Assembly (NCBI GenBank): GCA_041493605.1
Contig: JBGPZD010000001.1
Span: 5,936-69,935 of the forward strand
DNA: 64,000 nt
Direction of reading: 5' to 3'
Source of the DNA: Candidatus Methylomirabilia bacterium
GTDB taxonomy: Bacteria; Methylomirabilota; Methylomirabilia; Rokubacteriales; CSP1-6
Within the stretch, counting starts at the first letter, position 1, and each line of letters starts with the position of its first letter. Positions 52,987 through 62,746 of this stretch are shown one piece after another. The translations under genes were made by a program, and so were the position numbers. Under the pieces are notes generated by a model. That model saw only the letters and a list, made by a program, of their open reading frames with translations. It was not told where the DNA came from and searched no databases.

Positions 52987-53864
52987 ACCCGGAGACCTGG
53001 CATGAGCTGAGCGTCCGCACCCTCCCGGTCGGCGGTCCCGTGGCCCCCGAGGTGGCCGAGGGGCCGCCCCTCTTCGTCCAGGGGCGGAGCCGCCTCGTCG
53101 TTTTCGTCCACGGGTACAACAACACCCTGTCGGTCGCCCGCGGATACTACACGGTGTTCGGCGGGCACCTCCAGGACGCGTATTCCGACGGGGGGCCGCT
53201 GGTGCCGGATCTGCTGGCGAAGTTTCACTGGCCCGGCGACGCCGGCCTGGGACCTATCTCGTTCATCAGTTACCCATTCGAGATCGAAGACGCCGAGAAT
53301 TCGGCGAAGAAGCTGGCCGGCTTCCTGCGCGGTCTCCGGGGTCCCGGGGGCGCGCCGATGCAGCTCGACATCGTGGCCGCGTCGCTCGGCTGCCGCGTCC
53401 TGCTCGAGACGATCCACGAGCTCTTGCCCACCCTCCAGCAGCTCGCGGTCCATTTTGGCGTGGTCTGCCTCATGGCCGCCGCGGTGCCGGTTGACATGAT
53501 GGACCCGGGCGAGCGGCTCGAGGGCACCTTGGAGGCGCCGCGGCGGCTTCTGGTGCTGCACTCGACGGGGGACCGCGTGCTCCACTACGCCTTCCCGCTC
53601 GGCCAGACCGCCGCCGGCGAAGGGTTCTTCCCCACCGCGCTCGGCCGCTTTGGCCCGCCGCCCTGGGCGCCGGGCGAGCACGTGCCGGTGGACGAGCTCG
53701 ACCACGGCGAGTACTGGGGCGCCGAGGTCTCCGCGTATGAGATCGCGAAGCGGCTCGGCCTGGGCCCGGTCCGCGAGCGCGTCCCGGCGCGCTCGCTGCC
53801 GCGCTATGACACGCCGGCCCGCGATCTGCCCACGCGAGACCTCCCGAATTACCAAGGGCCCTGA
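52983..53864 (+). CDS. Alpha/beta-hydrolase, DUF900-like (putative esterase/lipase), cytoplasmic
   Basis: ATGA overlap with the upstream gene. [19 protein letters not shown]. Nucleophile elbow-like [21 protein letters not shown]. No signal peptide. Starts MNPETW, like its upstream partner. Confidence 0.6.
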   Translation: MNPETWHELSVRTLPVGGPVAPEVAEGPPLFVQGRSRLVVFVHGYNNTLSVARGYYTVFGGHLQDAYSDGGPLVPDLLAKFHWPGDAGLGPISFISYPFEIEDAENSAKKLAGFLRGLRGPGGAPMQLDIVAASLGCRVLLETIHELLPTLQQLAVHFGVVCLMAAAVPVDMMDPGERLEGTLEAPRRLLVLHSTGDRVLHYAFPLGQTAAGEGFFPTALGRFGPPPWAPGEHVPVDELDHGEYWGAEVSAYEIAKRLGLGPVRERVPARSLPRYDTPARDLPTRDLPNYQGP

Positions 53865-53878
53865 TCAAGGAGCGAGAC

Positions 53879-54331
53879 ATGGCCGGCAAGCTGTTCGAGG
53901 AATTGACGGTGGGCCAGGTGTTCCAGCATCAACCGGGCCGCACCATCACCGAGGCGGACAACGTGTTTTTCTCCTGCCTCACCATGAATCCGCAGCCGCT
54001 GCACGTGGACTTCCACGCGGCGCAGCAGGCCGAGTTCGGCAAGCCGCTGGTCAACAGCCTGCTCACCCTGGGCGTGGCCGTCGGATTGAGCGTCGGCGAC
54101 ACCACGCTCGGCACCACGGTGGGCAACCTGGGGTTCGAGAAGATCGAATTCCCCAAGCCGGTCTTCCACGGCGACACCATCTATTCGGAGACCGAGGTCG
54201 TGGACAAGCGCGAGTCCCGGTCGCGCCCCCAGTGGGGCATCGTGACCTTCGAGCACCGGGCGAAGAATCAGCGCGGGGAGCTGGTGATGAGCTGCCGCCG
54301 CGCGGCCATGATGCGCCGGCGGGCCGCCTAG
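53879..54331 (+). CDS. MaoC-like (R)-specific enoyl-CoA hydratase/dehydratase
   Basis: Hot-dog fold motifs ([31 protein letters not shown]). Confidence 0.8.
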   Translation: MAGKLFEELTVGQVFQHQPGRTITEADNVFFSCLTMNPQPLHVDFHAAQQAEFGKPLVNSLLTLGVAVGLSVGDTTLGTTVGNLGFEKIEFPKPVFHGDTIYSETEVVDKRESRSRPQWGIVTFEHRAKNQRGELVMSCRRAAMMRRRAA

Positions 54332-54333
54332 TC

Positions 54334-55218
54334 ATGCGGCGCTCACTGCACTTCGTTCCCGGCGGCAACGAGAAGATGATCGCGAAGGCCCTGACACTGC
54401 CGGCGGACGGGCTGATCCTCGACCTCGAGGACGCCGTGACGCCCGACAAGAAGGCGGCGACTCGCCCCGTCGTGAGGCGGTGGCTGGAGACGCTCGATTT
54501 CGGGAAGCGGGAGCGGTGGGTGAGGATGAACCCCATTGTCGGCGAGTACGGCGAGGCCGACCTCGAAGAGACCATCGCGGGACGCCCCGACGGCTACGTG
54601 GTCCCCAAACCGCGCCGGGCCGAGGACATCCGGCGCATCGCCGCCATTCTCGACCGGCTCGAGCAGAAACACGGGCTGCGGTTCGGGTCCACGCGGCTTC
54701 AGCTCATCGCCACCGAGACTCCCGAGGGTCTGCTGAACATCGCCGAGGTGGCGGCCGCCAGCCCGCGGATCGCCGCGATCTCCTGGGGGATCGAGGATCT
54801 CTCGGCGGCCATGGGGCTGCCGCGGACGCGCGACGCCGAAGGCCGCTACCTCGACATCCCGCGCTATGCCCGGGTCATGTGCGCCGTCGCGGCGTCAGCG
54901 GCGGCAGTGGACGCCATCGACACCGTGTACACGGACTTCAGGGACCTGGACGGGCTCCGGCGCGAGTGCCGCGAGGCGGTGGCCATGGGCTTCGCCGGCA
55001 AGATCTCGATCCACCCGGGGCAGATCGAGGTCATCAACGAGGAGTTCACGCCGTCGCGCGCCGAGGCCGAGGAGGCCGTGGCCCTCATCGCCGCTTTCGA
55101 GGAACACGCCAGACGGGGGGCGGGCGCCTTCGCGTGGAAGGGGCAGATGATGGACATGCCCCATCTCACGCGTGCGCGCAAGATCGCCGAGCGCGCGCGC
55201 GGCGCGGGCGCGCTCTAG
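54334..55218 (+). CDS. HpcH/HpaI aldolase / citrate lyase beta-subunit (CitE)-like CoA-ester lyase
   Basis: RRSLHFVPGGNEKMIAKALTLPADGLILDLEDAV ... ISWGIEDLSAAMG ... typical CitE/malyl-CoA lyase family. Confidence 0.8.
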   Translation: MRRSLHFVPGGNEKMIAKALTLPADGLILDLEDAVTPDKKAATRPVVRRWLETLDFGKRERWVRMNPIVGEYGEADLEETIAGRPDGYVVPKPRRAEDIRRIAAILDRLEQKHGLRFGSTRLQLIATETPEGLLNIAEVAAASPRIAAISWGIEDLSAAMGLPRTRDAEGRYLDIPRYARVMCAVAASAAAVDAIDTVYTDFRDLDGLRRECREAVAMGFAGKISIHPGQIEVINEEFTPSRAEAEEAVALIAAFEEHARRGAGAFAWKGQMMDMPHLTRARKIAERARGAGAL

Positions 55219-56525
55219 CGTCCCGTCGTTCGCGGCGGCCCCGCGGCCGGGGGCTCGAGCTCTCGCGTCCCAGCCAGGGGACCGGTGGCGGTCCAGTAGC
55301 GGGTGCCGGCGACGATGAGCGTTTCCGCGGGGAAGCGGGTCAGGATCTCGTGGCCCGTCTCTGTGACGAGGATCTCTTCCTCGATGCGCGCCGCCGACCA
55401 GCCGTCGGCGGCCGGCCAGAAGTTCTCCAGCGCGAAGACCATGCCGGGCTCGAGCGTGACCGGATGGTCGAGGGAGACGAGCCGGCTGATCACCGGCTGC
55501 TCCCAGATGGAGAGCCCCACGCCGTGGCCGTACTGCAGGCCGAAACAGGCCTCCTCGTCGGGGAAGCCGAACTCCTGCGCGCGCGGCCAGGTGGCCGCGA
55601 TGTCGGCGGTGGTGACGCCGGGCTTGACCATGGAGATCGCGACGTCGAGCATGTCGCGGCAGCGCTTGTAGGCGTCCACCATGGCGTGGGAGGCGCTGCC
55701 CACGGCGAAGGAGCGGTAGTAGCAGGTGCGGTAGCCCATGTAGGAGTGCAGGATGTCAAAGTAGGCCGGGTCGCCCGGACGGAGCACGCGGTCCGAGAAG
55801 ACGTGCGGGTGCGGATTGCAGCGCTCCCCCGCGATGGCGTTGATGGCCTCCACGTCCTCGGAGCCCAGGTCGTAGAGCTTCTTGGCCGCGATGCCGACCA
55901 GCTCGTTCTCGCGGATGCCCGGGCGCAGCGCCCGATAGAGGTCGTCGTAGGCGGCGTCCACCATCATGGCCGCGGTGTTGAGCAGGATGATCTCGTCGCG
56001 CGTCTTGATCCGGCGGGCGGCCTGCATGAGCTGCTGGCCGTCCACCACGGTGAGGCCTTCCTTCTGGAGCGCGTGGAGGATGGGCATCTCGACCACGTCG
56101 ACCCCGAGGGGCGCCTTGTGCAGGCCCCGCGCCTCCAGCTCCCGCTTGATCTTCCGCGCCAGGTCCTCGGCGCGCCCCATTTCGGGCGTCATTGCGCCCC
56201 GCAGCAGTGAGATGCCGGCGCGCGAGCGCTCGCCGAGCCACGGGCAGTAGAGCTGGTGGTGCTTCGCGGCCGAGCCGAAGTCCCACATGATCGGCAGGTC
56301 GCTGCGGGGCAGGAGCGCGAAGCGCGAGAGCTTGTCGCGGGCCCACTCCCCGATGGTCGTGTTCGTGATGTAGCGGATGTTGTACATGTCGAAGCAGAGC
56401 AGGCCGCCCAACTCCGACCGATCGAGCTGAGCGCGAACCTTCGCAAGCCGGTCCGTGCGCAGGCGATCGAAGTTGACGCGCTCTTCCCAGTCCACCGCCA
56501 TCGTGCCGTAGGTCGGCAGTGCCAT
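55215..56525 (-). CDS. M24-family metallopeptidase (creatinase/Xaa-Pro dipeptidase / ectoine-hydrolase-like)
   Basis: 436 aa. Pita-bread fold motifs (GYRTCYYRSFAVG; HGVGLSIWEQP; LEPGMVFALE). Confidence 0.75.
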   Translation of the reverse strand: MALPTYGTMAVDWEERVNFDRLRTDRLAKVRAQLDRSELGGLLCFDMYNIRYITNTTIGEWARDKLSRFALLPRSDLPIMWDFGSAAKHHQLYCPWLGERSRAGISLLRGAMTPEMGRAEDLARKIKRELEARGLHKAPLGVDVVEMPILHALQKEGLTVVDGQQLMQAARRIKTRDEIILLNTAAMMVDAAYDDLYRALRPGIRENELVGIAAKKLYDLGSEDVEAINAIAGERCNPHPHVFSDRVLRPGDPAYFDILHSYMGYRTCYYRSFAVGSASHAMVDAYKRCRDMLDVAISMVKPGVTTADIAATWPRAQEFGFPDEEACFGLQYGHGVGLSIWEQPVISRLVSLDHPVTLEPGMVFALENFWPAADGWSAARIEEEILVTETGHEILTRFPAETLIVAGTRYWTATGPLAGTRELEPPAAGPPRTTGR

Positions 56526-57436
56526 TACGTACCCTCCCTCTGCTTCAGGCTGTCACGGAGTCCGGCGAGGCGCGCCAGGACATCGAAGACCACCGCGAAA
56601 TCGTAAGCGCCGAGCCCCAGCGCCCGGGCGGCGGTGAGAAACTCCTGGGTCAGCGCCGTCATGGGCAGCGGCATCCCCCGCTCCCGGGCGAGCTCGAGCG
56701 CCAGGCCCAGATCTTTCTGCATCATGCCCACGTCGAACCACGCCTCGGCCGGCATGCCAAGGACGAACGGGCCGCGGTACTTGACCATCGGCGAGGCGAT
56801 CACGCTCTTGAGCAGGGTCTCGACGGCGCGCTCGCGCGCGATGCCGGACTTCTCGGCGAGCAGCACGGCCTCGCTGAAGGCCAGCATCTGCACCGCCAGG
56901 CCCAGGTTGGTGGCGATCTTCATGGTGACGGCCAGGCCGTTGTCTCCGAGGTGGGTGATGGTGGGCCCGATGGCGAGGAGATACGGCCGGACCCGCTCCA
57001 GAGCGGCCGGGTCGCCGCCCACCATGAAGGACAGCTGGCCCTGCTCCAGCGTCGCCACGCTGCCCGACACCGGGGCGTCCAGCAGCGCGGCGCCGCGCGC
57101 CCTCACCTCCTCGGCAAGGCGCCGCGTGGCGGCCGGGCTCACCGTGCTCATCTCCGCCCAGACGCCGCCACGCCGGAGGCCCGCGAGCACGCCGTCGGGG
57201 CCGTGGGCGATGGCGTCGAGCGCCTCGGTGTTGGTCACCATGCTGAAGACGACGTCGGCGGCCTCCGCCACCTGCCTCGGCGATGCCGCCAGCTTCATGC
57301 CCGTCGCGACCAGCGGCTGGGCCTTCGCCGCGGTGCGGTTATAGCCGACCACCGCATGGCCCGCGTCGAGCAGCCGCTTGGCCATGCGGCCGCCCATGGC
57401 GCCGAGCCCGATGAAGCCCAGGGTTGCGCGGCTCAT
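56525..57436 (-). CDS. NAD(P)-dependent 3-hydroxyisobutyrate dehydrogenase-family oxidoreductase
   Basis: MSRATLGFIGLGAMGGRMAKRL Rossmann. HIBADH-type catalytic region (DAPVSGS). Confidence 0.8.
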   Translation of the reverse strand: MSRATLGFIGLGAMGGRMAKRLLDAGHAVVGYNRTAAKAQPLVATGMKLAASPRQVAEAADVVFSMVTNTEALDAIAHGPDGVLAGLRRGGVWAEMSTVSPAATRRLAEEVRARGAALLDAPVSGSVATLEQGQLSFMVGGDPAALERVRPYLLAIGPTITHLGDNGLAVTMKIATNLGLAVQMLAFSEAVLLAEKSGIARERAVETLLKSVIASPMVKYRGPFVLGMPAEAWFDVGMMQKDLGLALELARERGMPLPMTALTQEFLTAARALGLGAYDFAVVFDVLARLAGLRDSLKQREGT

Positions 57437-58005
57437 CGCTGGCTCCTGCGGCGCTTGCGCCTCGGGGGCGCTGTTCGGCGAGCCGCAGCCGCACGGCGAA
57501 GCGGGCGGAGCTGCGAGTCGGCGACGGCGATGGCGCTGATCTCGACTTTACAGCGCGGGTGGGTGGCGAGCCGGGAGACCTCCACGGTGGTCGTGGTGGG
57601 CAGGTGACCGCCCAGGTATTCGGCCCAGACGCGGTTGAGGTCGTCCTGCTCGCGGGCGTCGGTGAGATAGCGCGTGGCGGAGACCACGTCCGCCATCGTG
57701 CAGCCGGCCGCCGCCAGCGTCTTCTTGAGGTTCTCCATGGCCAGGATGGCTTGCTCGCGCATGCCGGCCGGCAAATCGAACTCCTCCTCGCGGTGCGGAT
57801 GGCTGTGATAGACCGGCGCCGCCGTGACTCCGGAGAGGAAGACGAGGCTCCCGCGCCGCACCAGGAGGGCCGGGGCGTAGGGCATCAGCACATCGCGCCG
57901 CCGGTCGGGATGGTGCACGGCCCGCACCTCTTTCGCCATGACGACGGCATGATTCACGTTCCGCGGCGGCGCGTCAAGCGCCTTCGGCGGCCGGGCGGCG
58001 CTCAC
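57433..58005 (-). CDS. RidA/YjgF-family reactive-intermediate deaminase with a basic C-terminal extension
   Basis: SLVFLSGVTA ... RYLTDAREQDDLNRVWAEYLGG ... KVEISAIAVA. Followed by a ~28-aa Arg-rich tail that overlaps the next gene start. Confidence 0.65.
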   Translation of the reverse strand: MSAARPPKALDAPPRNVNHAVVMAKEVRAVHHPDRRRDVLMPYAPALLVRRGSLVFLSGVTAAPVYHSHPHREEEFDLPAGMREQAILAMENLKKTLAAAGCTMADVVSATRYLTDAREQDDLNRVWAEYLGGHLPTTTTVEVSRLATHPRCKVEISAIAVADSQLRPLRRAAAARRTAPPRRKRRRSQR

Positions 58006-58706
58006 AGCCCCAGGTAGGCCTCGCGGACCCGCGTGTTCGCCAGCAACTCCTGCCCCGTGCCCGACAGCACCACCCGCCCGGACTCGAGGACGAAGCCCCG
58101 GTGGGCCAGGGCCAGGGCGTGCTCGGTGTTCTGCTCGACCAGGAGCACGGTGACGCCGCCGCGGTTGATCTCGCCGATCACGCGGAACATCTCCTGGACC
58201 ATGATCGGCGCCAGGCCGAGCGAGGGCTCGTCGAGCATGAGGATCTTTGGGCCCGCCATGAGGCCACGGCCGATCGCGACCATCTGCTGCTCACCGCCCG
58301 ACAGCGTCCCGGCCAGCTGCCGGCGCCGCTCGGCGAGCCGCGGGAACACCGCGAACACTTCTTCGAGCCGCCGGGGGCGTCGGGCGCGGGCGGCGCGCGC
58401 GTAACCCCCGATCAGGAGATTGTCGAGCACCGTCATCTCGGGGAAGAGTTTCCGCCCCTCCGGGACGTGCACGACGCCCAGCTCCACGATCTCGGCTGGC
58501 GAACACTCGTCCAGGCGCCGGTCGCCCAGGCGGATGCGGCCGGCCTTGGGGCGCAGGAGACCGGACAGCGTTTTGAGCGTCGTGGTCTTGCCCGCGCCGT
58601 TGGCGCCGACGACGGCGACGATCTCGCCCTCGGGAATGTCGAAGGTGACGCCCCAGAGGGCCTGGATCTTGCCGTACGCGACCTCCAAACCCTCCACGCT
58701 GAGCAT
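58002..58706 (-). CDS. livF: Branched-chain amino acid ABC transporter ATP-binding protein LivF-type
   Basis: MLSVEGLEVAYGKIQALWGVTFDI. Walker A GANGAGKTT. LSGGEQQM signature. Confidence 0.88.
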   Translation of the reverse strand: MLSVEGLEVAYGKIQALWGVTFDIPEGEIVAVVGANGAGKTTTLKTLSGLLRPKAGRIRLGDRRLDECSPAEIVELGVVHVPEGRKLFPEMTVLDNLLIGGYARAARARRPRRLEEVFAVFPRLAERRRQLAGTLSGGEQQMVAIGRGLMAGPKILMLDEPSLGLAPIMVQEMFRVIGEINRGGVTVLLVEQNTEHALALAHRGFVLESGRVVLSGTGQELLANTRVREAYLGL

Positions 58707-58707
58707 G

Positions 58708-59427
<720 letters not shown>

Positions 59428-59444
59428 GGCGCGAATCCCCCCCC

Positions 59445-60392
59445 TCAGCGCCGGCCCGTCCAGGCGCGGCGCGCGCCGCCCCAGATGCCCTCGGGCAGGT
59501 AGCGGATGGCCAGCATCATGAAGAGGCCGTAGAAGATCAGGTGCCCGACCAGGAAGCGCTCCCGGAACAGCTCGCCGATCGTCGTGAGGAAGACCGCCCC
59601 GATGACGGGCCCGACCACGGTGGCCAAGCCGCCGACCACCGCGATGAAAACCATTTCCACGGACAGGGCGATGGGGAAGACGGCGTCCGGGTCCACGTAG
59701 CGGTAGTAGAGACCGTAGAAGCCGCCGCCAAGCCCCGTGAAGAAGGCGGACAGCGCGAGCGTGACGACCTTGGCGCGGACCGTGTCGATCCCGACCGCCT
59801 CGGCGGCGTCCTCGTCCTCGCGGATCGCCAGGAGATAGGCGCCGAGCCGCGCTCGTGAAAGGCGCCAGGTGGCGGCCATGGCGAGCGCCGCCAGCGTGGC
59901 GATGATGTAGTAGAAGGGCACCTTGCTCTCCCAGTTGACGGCCCGTCCGCCGAGGCTGACCTGGGGGAGCGTCGTGATCAGGAGGCCCACCGGCCCATCG
60001 GTCAGCCCCTCCCAGTTCAGCGCGACCAGCCGGACGATCTCCGCCACGGCCAGCGTCGACAGCGAGAAGTAGGGGCCGCGCAGCCTGAAGCAGATCAACC
60101 CGATCGGGAGAGACACGAGCACGGCCACGAGGCCGCCCAGGATCATCCCGTACCACGGGGCGAGCCCGCCCTTGAGGTAGAGGATCATGGTCGTATAGGC
60201 GCCCACGCCGAAGAACGCGGCGTGCCCGAATGAAACCTGCCCCGCAAAGCCGCCCAGAAGATTCCACGCCACGCCGAGCAGGGTCCAGAGCAGCACCGTG
60301 ATGCCCAGGTGCAGGAAGAACTGGTTCCCGGTGAGGAGCGGGGGAGCCAGCATCAGCAGCAAGACCCCGGCGGCGGCCGCGGCGCGAGTCAT
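59445..60392 (-). CDS. livM: Branched-chain amino acid ABC transporter permease LivM-type
   Basis: Starts MTRAAAAAGVLLLML. Multi-TM permease. Overlaps the livH stop. Confidence 0.85.
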   Translation of the reverse strand: MTRAAAAAGVLLLMLAPPLLTGNQFFLHLGITVLLWTLLGVAWNLLGGFAGQVSFGHAAFFGVGAYTTMILYLKGGLAPWYGMILGGLVAVLVSLPIGLICFRLRGPYFSLSTLAVAEIVRLVALNWEGLTDGPVGLLITTLPQVSLGGRAVNWESKVPFYYIIATLAALAMAATWRLSRARLGAYLLAIREDEDAAEAVGIDTVRAKVVTLALSAFFTGLGGGFYGLYYRYVDPDAVFPIALSVEMVFIAVVGGLATVVGPVIGAVFLTTIGELFRERFLVGHLIFYGLFMMLAIRYLPEGIWGGARRAWTGRR

Positions 60393-61255
60393 GACTTGCA
60401 GACGCCGAAGAGCCCTGACGGCCGGAAGCGCAGCACCAGCAGGAAGATCACGAAGCCGATGGTGTCCTTGTAGGCCACGGACACGTACACGGCCCCGAGG
60501 GACTCGACCAGGCCGAGCAGAAGCCCGCCGGCGATGGCCCCCACGACGGAGCCCAGCCCCCCGAGCACGACAATGACGAAGCACTTGGCGATGAGGATTT
60601 CGCCCACCGTGGGGTAGAGGTAGAGCGACGGGCCCAGGAGCACGCCCGACGCGCCGGCCAGCGCGGCCCCCAGTCCGAACGTGACCATGGAAATCCGCTC
60701 GACATCGATCCCCATGAGGGCCGCCGCCTCAGGGTTCTGGCTCGTGGCGCGGATGGCGCGCCCGACGTCGGTGCGGGCGAGGAAGACGTAGAGCGCCAGC
60801 GTGATGAGGATGGCCAGGGCGAAGGCGATGGCGAGCGGGATCGGCACGGCGATGCCGAAGGGGCGGAGCGGCGTGACCGCGTACGGAAGCTTGATGGTGC
60901 GGTAGTCGCCGGTCCACGTGAACAGGGCCAGGTTGGCGATGAGCAGCGAGAGGCCCGCGGTGTAGAGCAGGGTGTTCAGCTCACCTCCCGGGATGATCGC
61001 CCGGAGGAGGAAGCGGTAGACGACCATGCCGCCCAGGAACATCAGCGGGACCCACAGCACGATGGACACGAACGGGTCGACCCGCCACAGCACGTGGGCC
61101 CAGAACGCCCCGTACATGCCGAGCATGACCAGGTCGCCGTGGGCCAGGTTGATGATGCGCATGACGCCGAAGACCACGGTCAGTCCCACGCCGATCATGG
61201 CGTAGAGCGAGCCGGTCAGCACGCCGCTGACGATGCTCTGGAGAAGGGTTTCCAC
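60389..61255 (-). CDS. livH: Branched-chain amino acid ABC transporter permease LivH-type
   Basis: METLLQSIVSGVLTGSLYAMIGVGLTVVFGVMRIINLAHGD ... 288 aa. Confidence 0.88.
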   Translation of the reverse strand: METLLQSIVSGVLTGSLYAMIGVGLTVVFGVMRIINLAHGDLVMLGMYGAFWAHVLWRVDPFVSIVLWVPLMFLGGMVVYRFLLRAIIPGGELNTLLYTAGLSLLIANLALFTWTGDYRTIKLPYAVTPLRPFGIAVPIPLAIAFALAILITLALYVFLARTDVGRAIRATSQNPEAAALMGIDVERISMVTFGLGAALAGASGVLLGPSLYLYPTVGEILIAKCFVIVVLGGLGSVVGAIAGGLLLGLVESLGAVYVSVAYKDTIGFVIFLLVLRFRPSGLFGVCKS

Positions 61256-61321
61256 GGGATCGCTGGACGGCGCGCGCCGCCCGCGCCCCCGGCAGGGGGC
61301 GGGCGGCGCGCGAATGGAGCG

Positions 61322-62557
61322 TCAGCGCTTGACGGTGTTGTCGGGGAAGACGTAGTTGGTTTCGGCGTTGGACTTGGGCCAGACGTTCATGAGCTTCCCG
61401 TCCAGCCACTGCGCCAGCACCGAGTGGTCGGCGGAGTAGATGTTCTGGTTCGTGTACTTGTCGCCTAGCGGGCCGCTCCAATTGCCGAACTTGACCTTGC
61501 CGAACACCGTGGTCATGTCCGTCTTCAGCAGCGACTGCCGGATCGCCTCGCGGTCGGCGTCCACATTGCCCGTGAGCTGGGCGCGCCGCAGCGCGTCGGC
61601 GATCACGAAGACGATCGAGTAACCCTCGACCTCGTGCTCCTTCGGCCAGATTCCGTACTTGTCGTGGAACTTCTTGTAAAACTCCTTCACGGTCGGGTCG
61701 TTGGGGTTGCCGGACCATGCCGCCGAGGAGAAGACGTTCTGGCTCTGCGGCCCGAGCTCCTTGGCGAGGTCTTCCACGCCGAACCCGCCGCCGAACCCGA
61801 CGAAGGCCCGCGGGGCCACGCCGATCTCTTTGGCGTGCTTGGTGAGCAGGATAGCGTCGGTGGTGGCCACGGCGACCATGAGGAGGAAATCGGGATTGTT
61901 CGCCTTGACCTTGGTCATCAGCGGCTTGAAGTCCAGGCTGTTGACCGGGTAGGCCTCGTCGTTGACGATCGGCACGTTCTTGGACTTGAGGAAGGTCATC
62001 ACCGAGTTGGAGATGGTCTTGCCGAAGACGGAGTTGTCGTAGACCACCGCGGCCGACTTCGGCATGGCCCCCGGCACCTCGCTGATGAACTTGTTGAAGG
62101 CCTGCGGGTAGATGGAGCCGGTCGGGTTGTTGCGGAACACCCACTCGAAGCCCTTGGCGGTGATGATGTCGGCCGACGGGTGATCCACCACGTACGGGGT
62201 CTTGAGCCGCTGCGCCACCGAGGCGATCTCGACGGCCTGCCCCGAGGCGCGCCCGCCCGTGAGGACCAGCACCTTCGTCTGCGTGATGAGCTTCTCCGCC
62301 ACCGTGGCCGCTAGCGCGTTCTTGGCCTGGTGGTCGTCGATGATGACCTCGATCTTCTTGCCGTTCACGCCGCCCTTCGCGTTGATCTCCTCGACGGCCA
62401 TGCCGTACGCCTTCTTGAACTTGTCGCCGAAGGGCGCGTCGGGGCCGGACATCGGCTGCGGGGCGCCGATCTTGAGCGTGTCCTGCGCCGGCGCGGGCGC
62501 CGCCGCGGCGAGGAGAAGAACTCCGAACACGAGGCCGAAGACAAGGAATCGTCGCAT
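61322..62557 (-). CDS. ABC transporter periplasmic solute-binding protein (LivK/LivJ family, type I PBP)
   Basis: Signal peptide MRRFLVFGLVFGVLLLAAAAPAPAQ. LKIGAPQPMSGPDAPFG, typical of the family. Confidence 0.85.
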   Translation of the reverse strand: MRRFLVFGLVFGVLLLAAAAPAPAQDTLKIGAPQPMSGPDAPFGDKFKKAYGMAVEEINAKGGVNGKKIEVIIDDHQAKNALAATVAEKLITQTKVLVLTGGRASGQAVEIASVAQRLKTPYVVDHPSADIITAKGFEWVFRNNPTGSIYPQAFNKFISEVPGAMPKSAAVVYDNSVFGKTISNSVMTFLKSKNVPIVNDEAYPVNSLDFKPLMTKVKANNPDFLLMVAVATTDAILLTKHAKEIGVAPRAFVGFGGGFGVEDLAKELGPQSQNVFSSAAWSGNPNDPTVKEFYKKFHDKYGIWPKEHEVEGYSIVFVIADALRRAQLTGNVDADREAIRQSLLKTDMTTVFGKVKFGNWSGPLGDKYTNQNIYSADHSVLAQWLDGKLMNVWPKSNAETNYVFPDNTVKR

Positions 62558-62746
62558 CGCCAGGCCCTCCTTAGGGGTTGACGGGGTGGTGGGGCAGGCC
62601 GACTCTAGAATCGCGCCAGGGCCTTGTCAAGACTCGGCCGCCCGGCCCGGCCGGGCGCCTTGACAGCCACGGGCAAGTCTGCTAAAAACAAAGCCCATTC
62701 CGCCTGGACCGAGGTCCGCTCGACTATCTCTCAGAGGAGGATTCGT

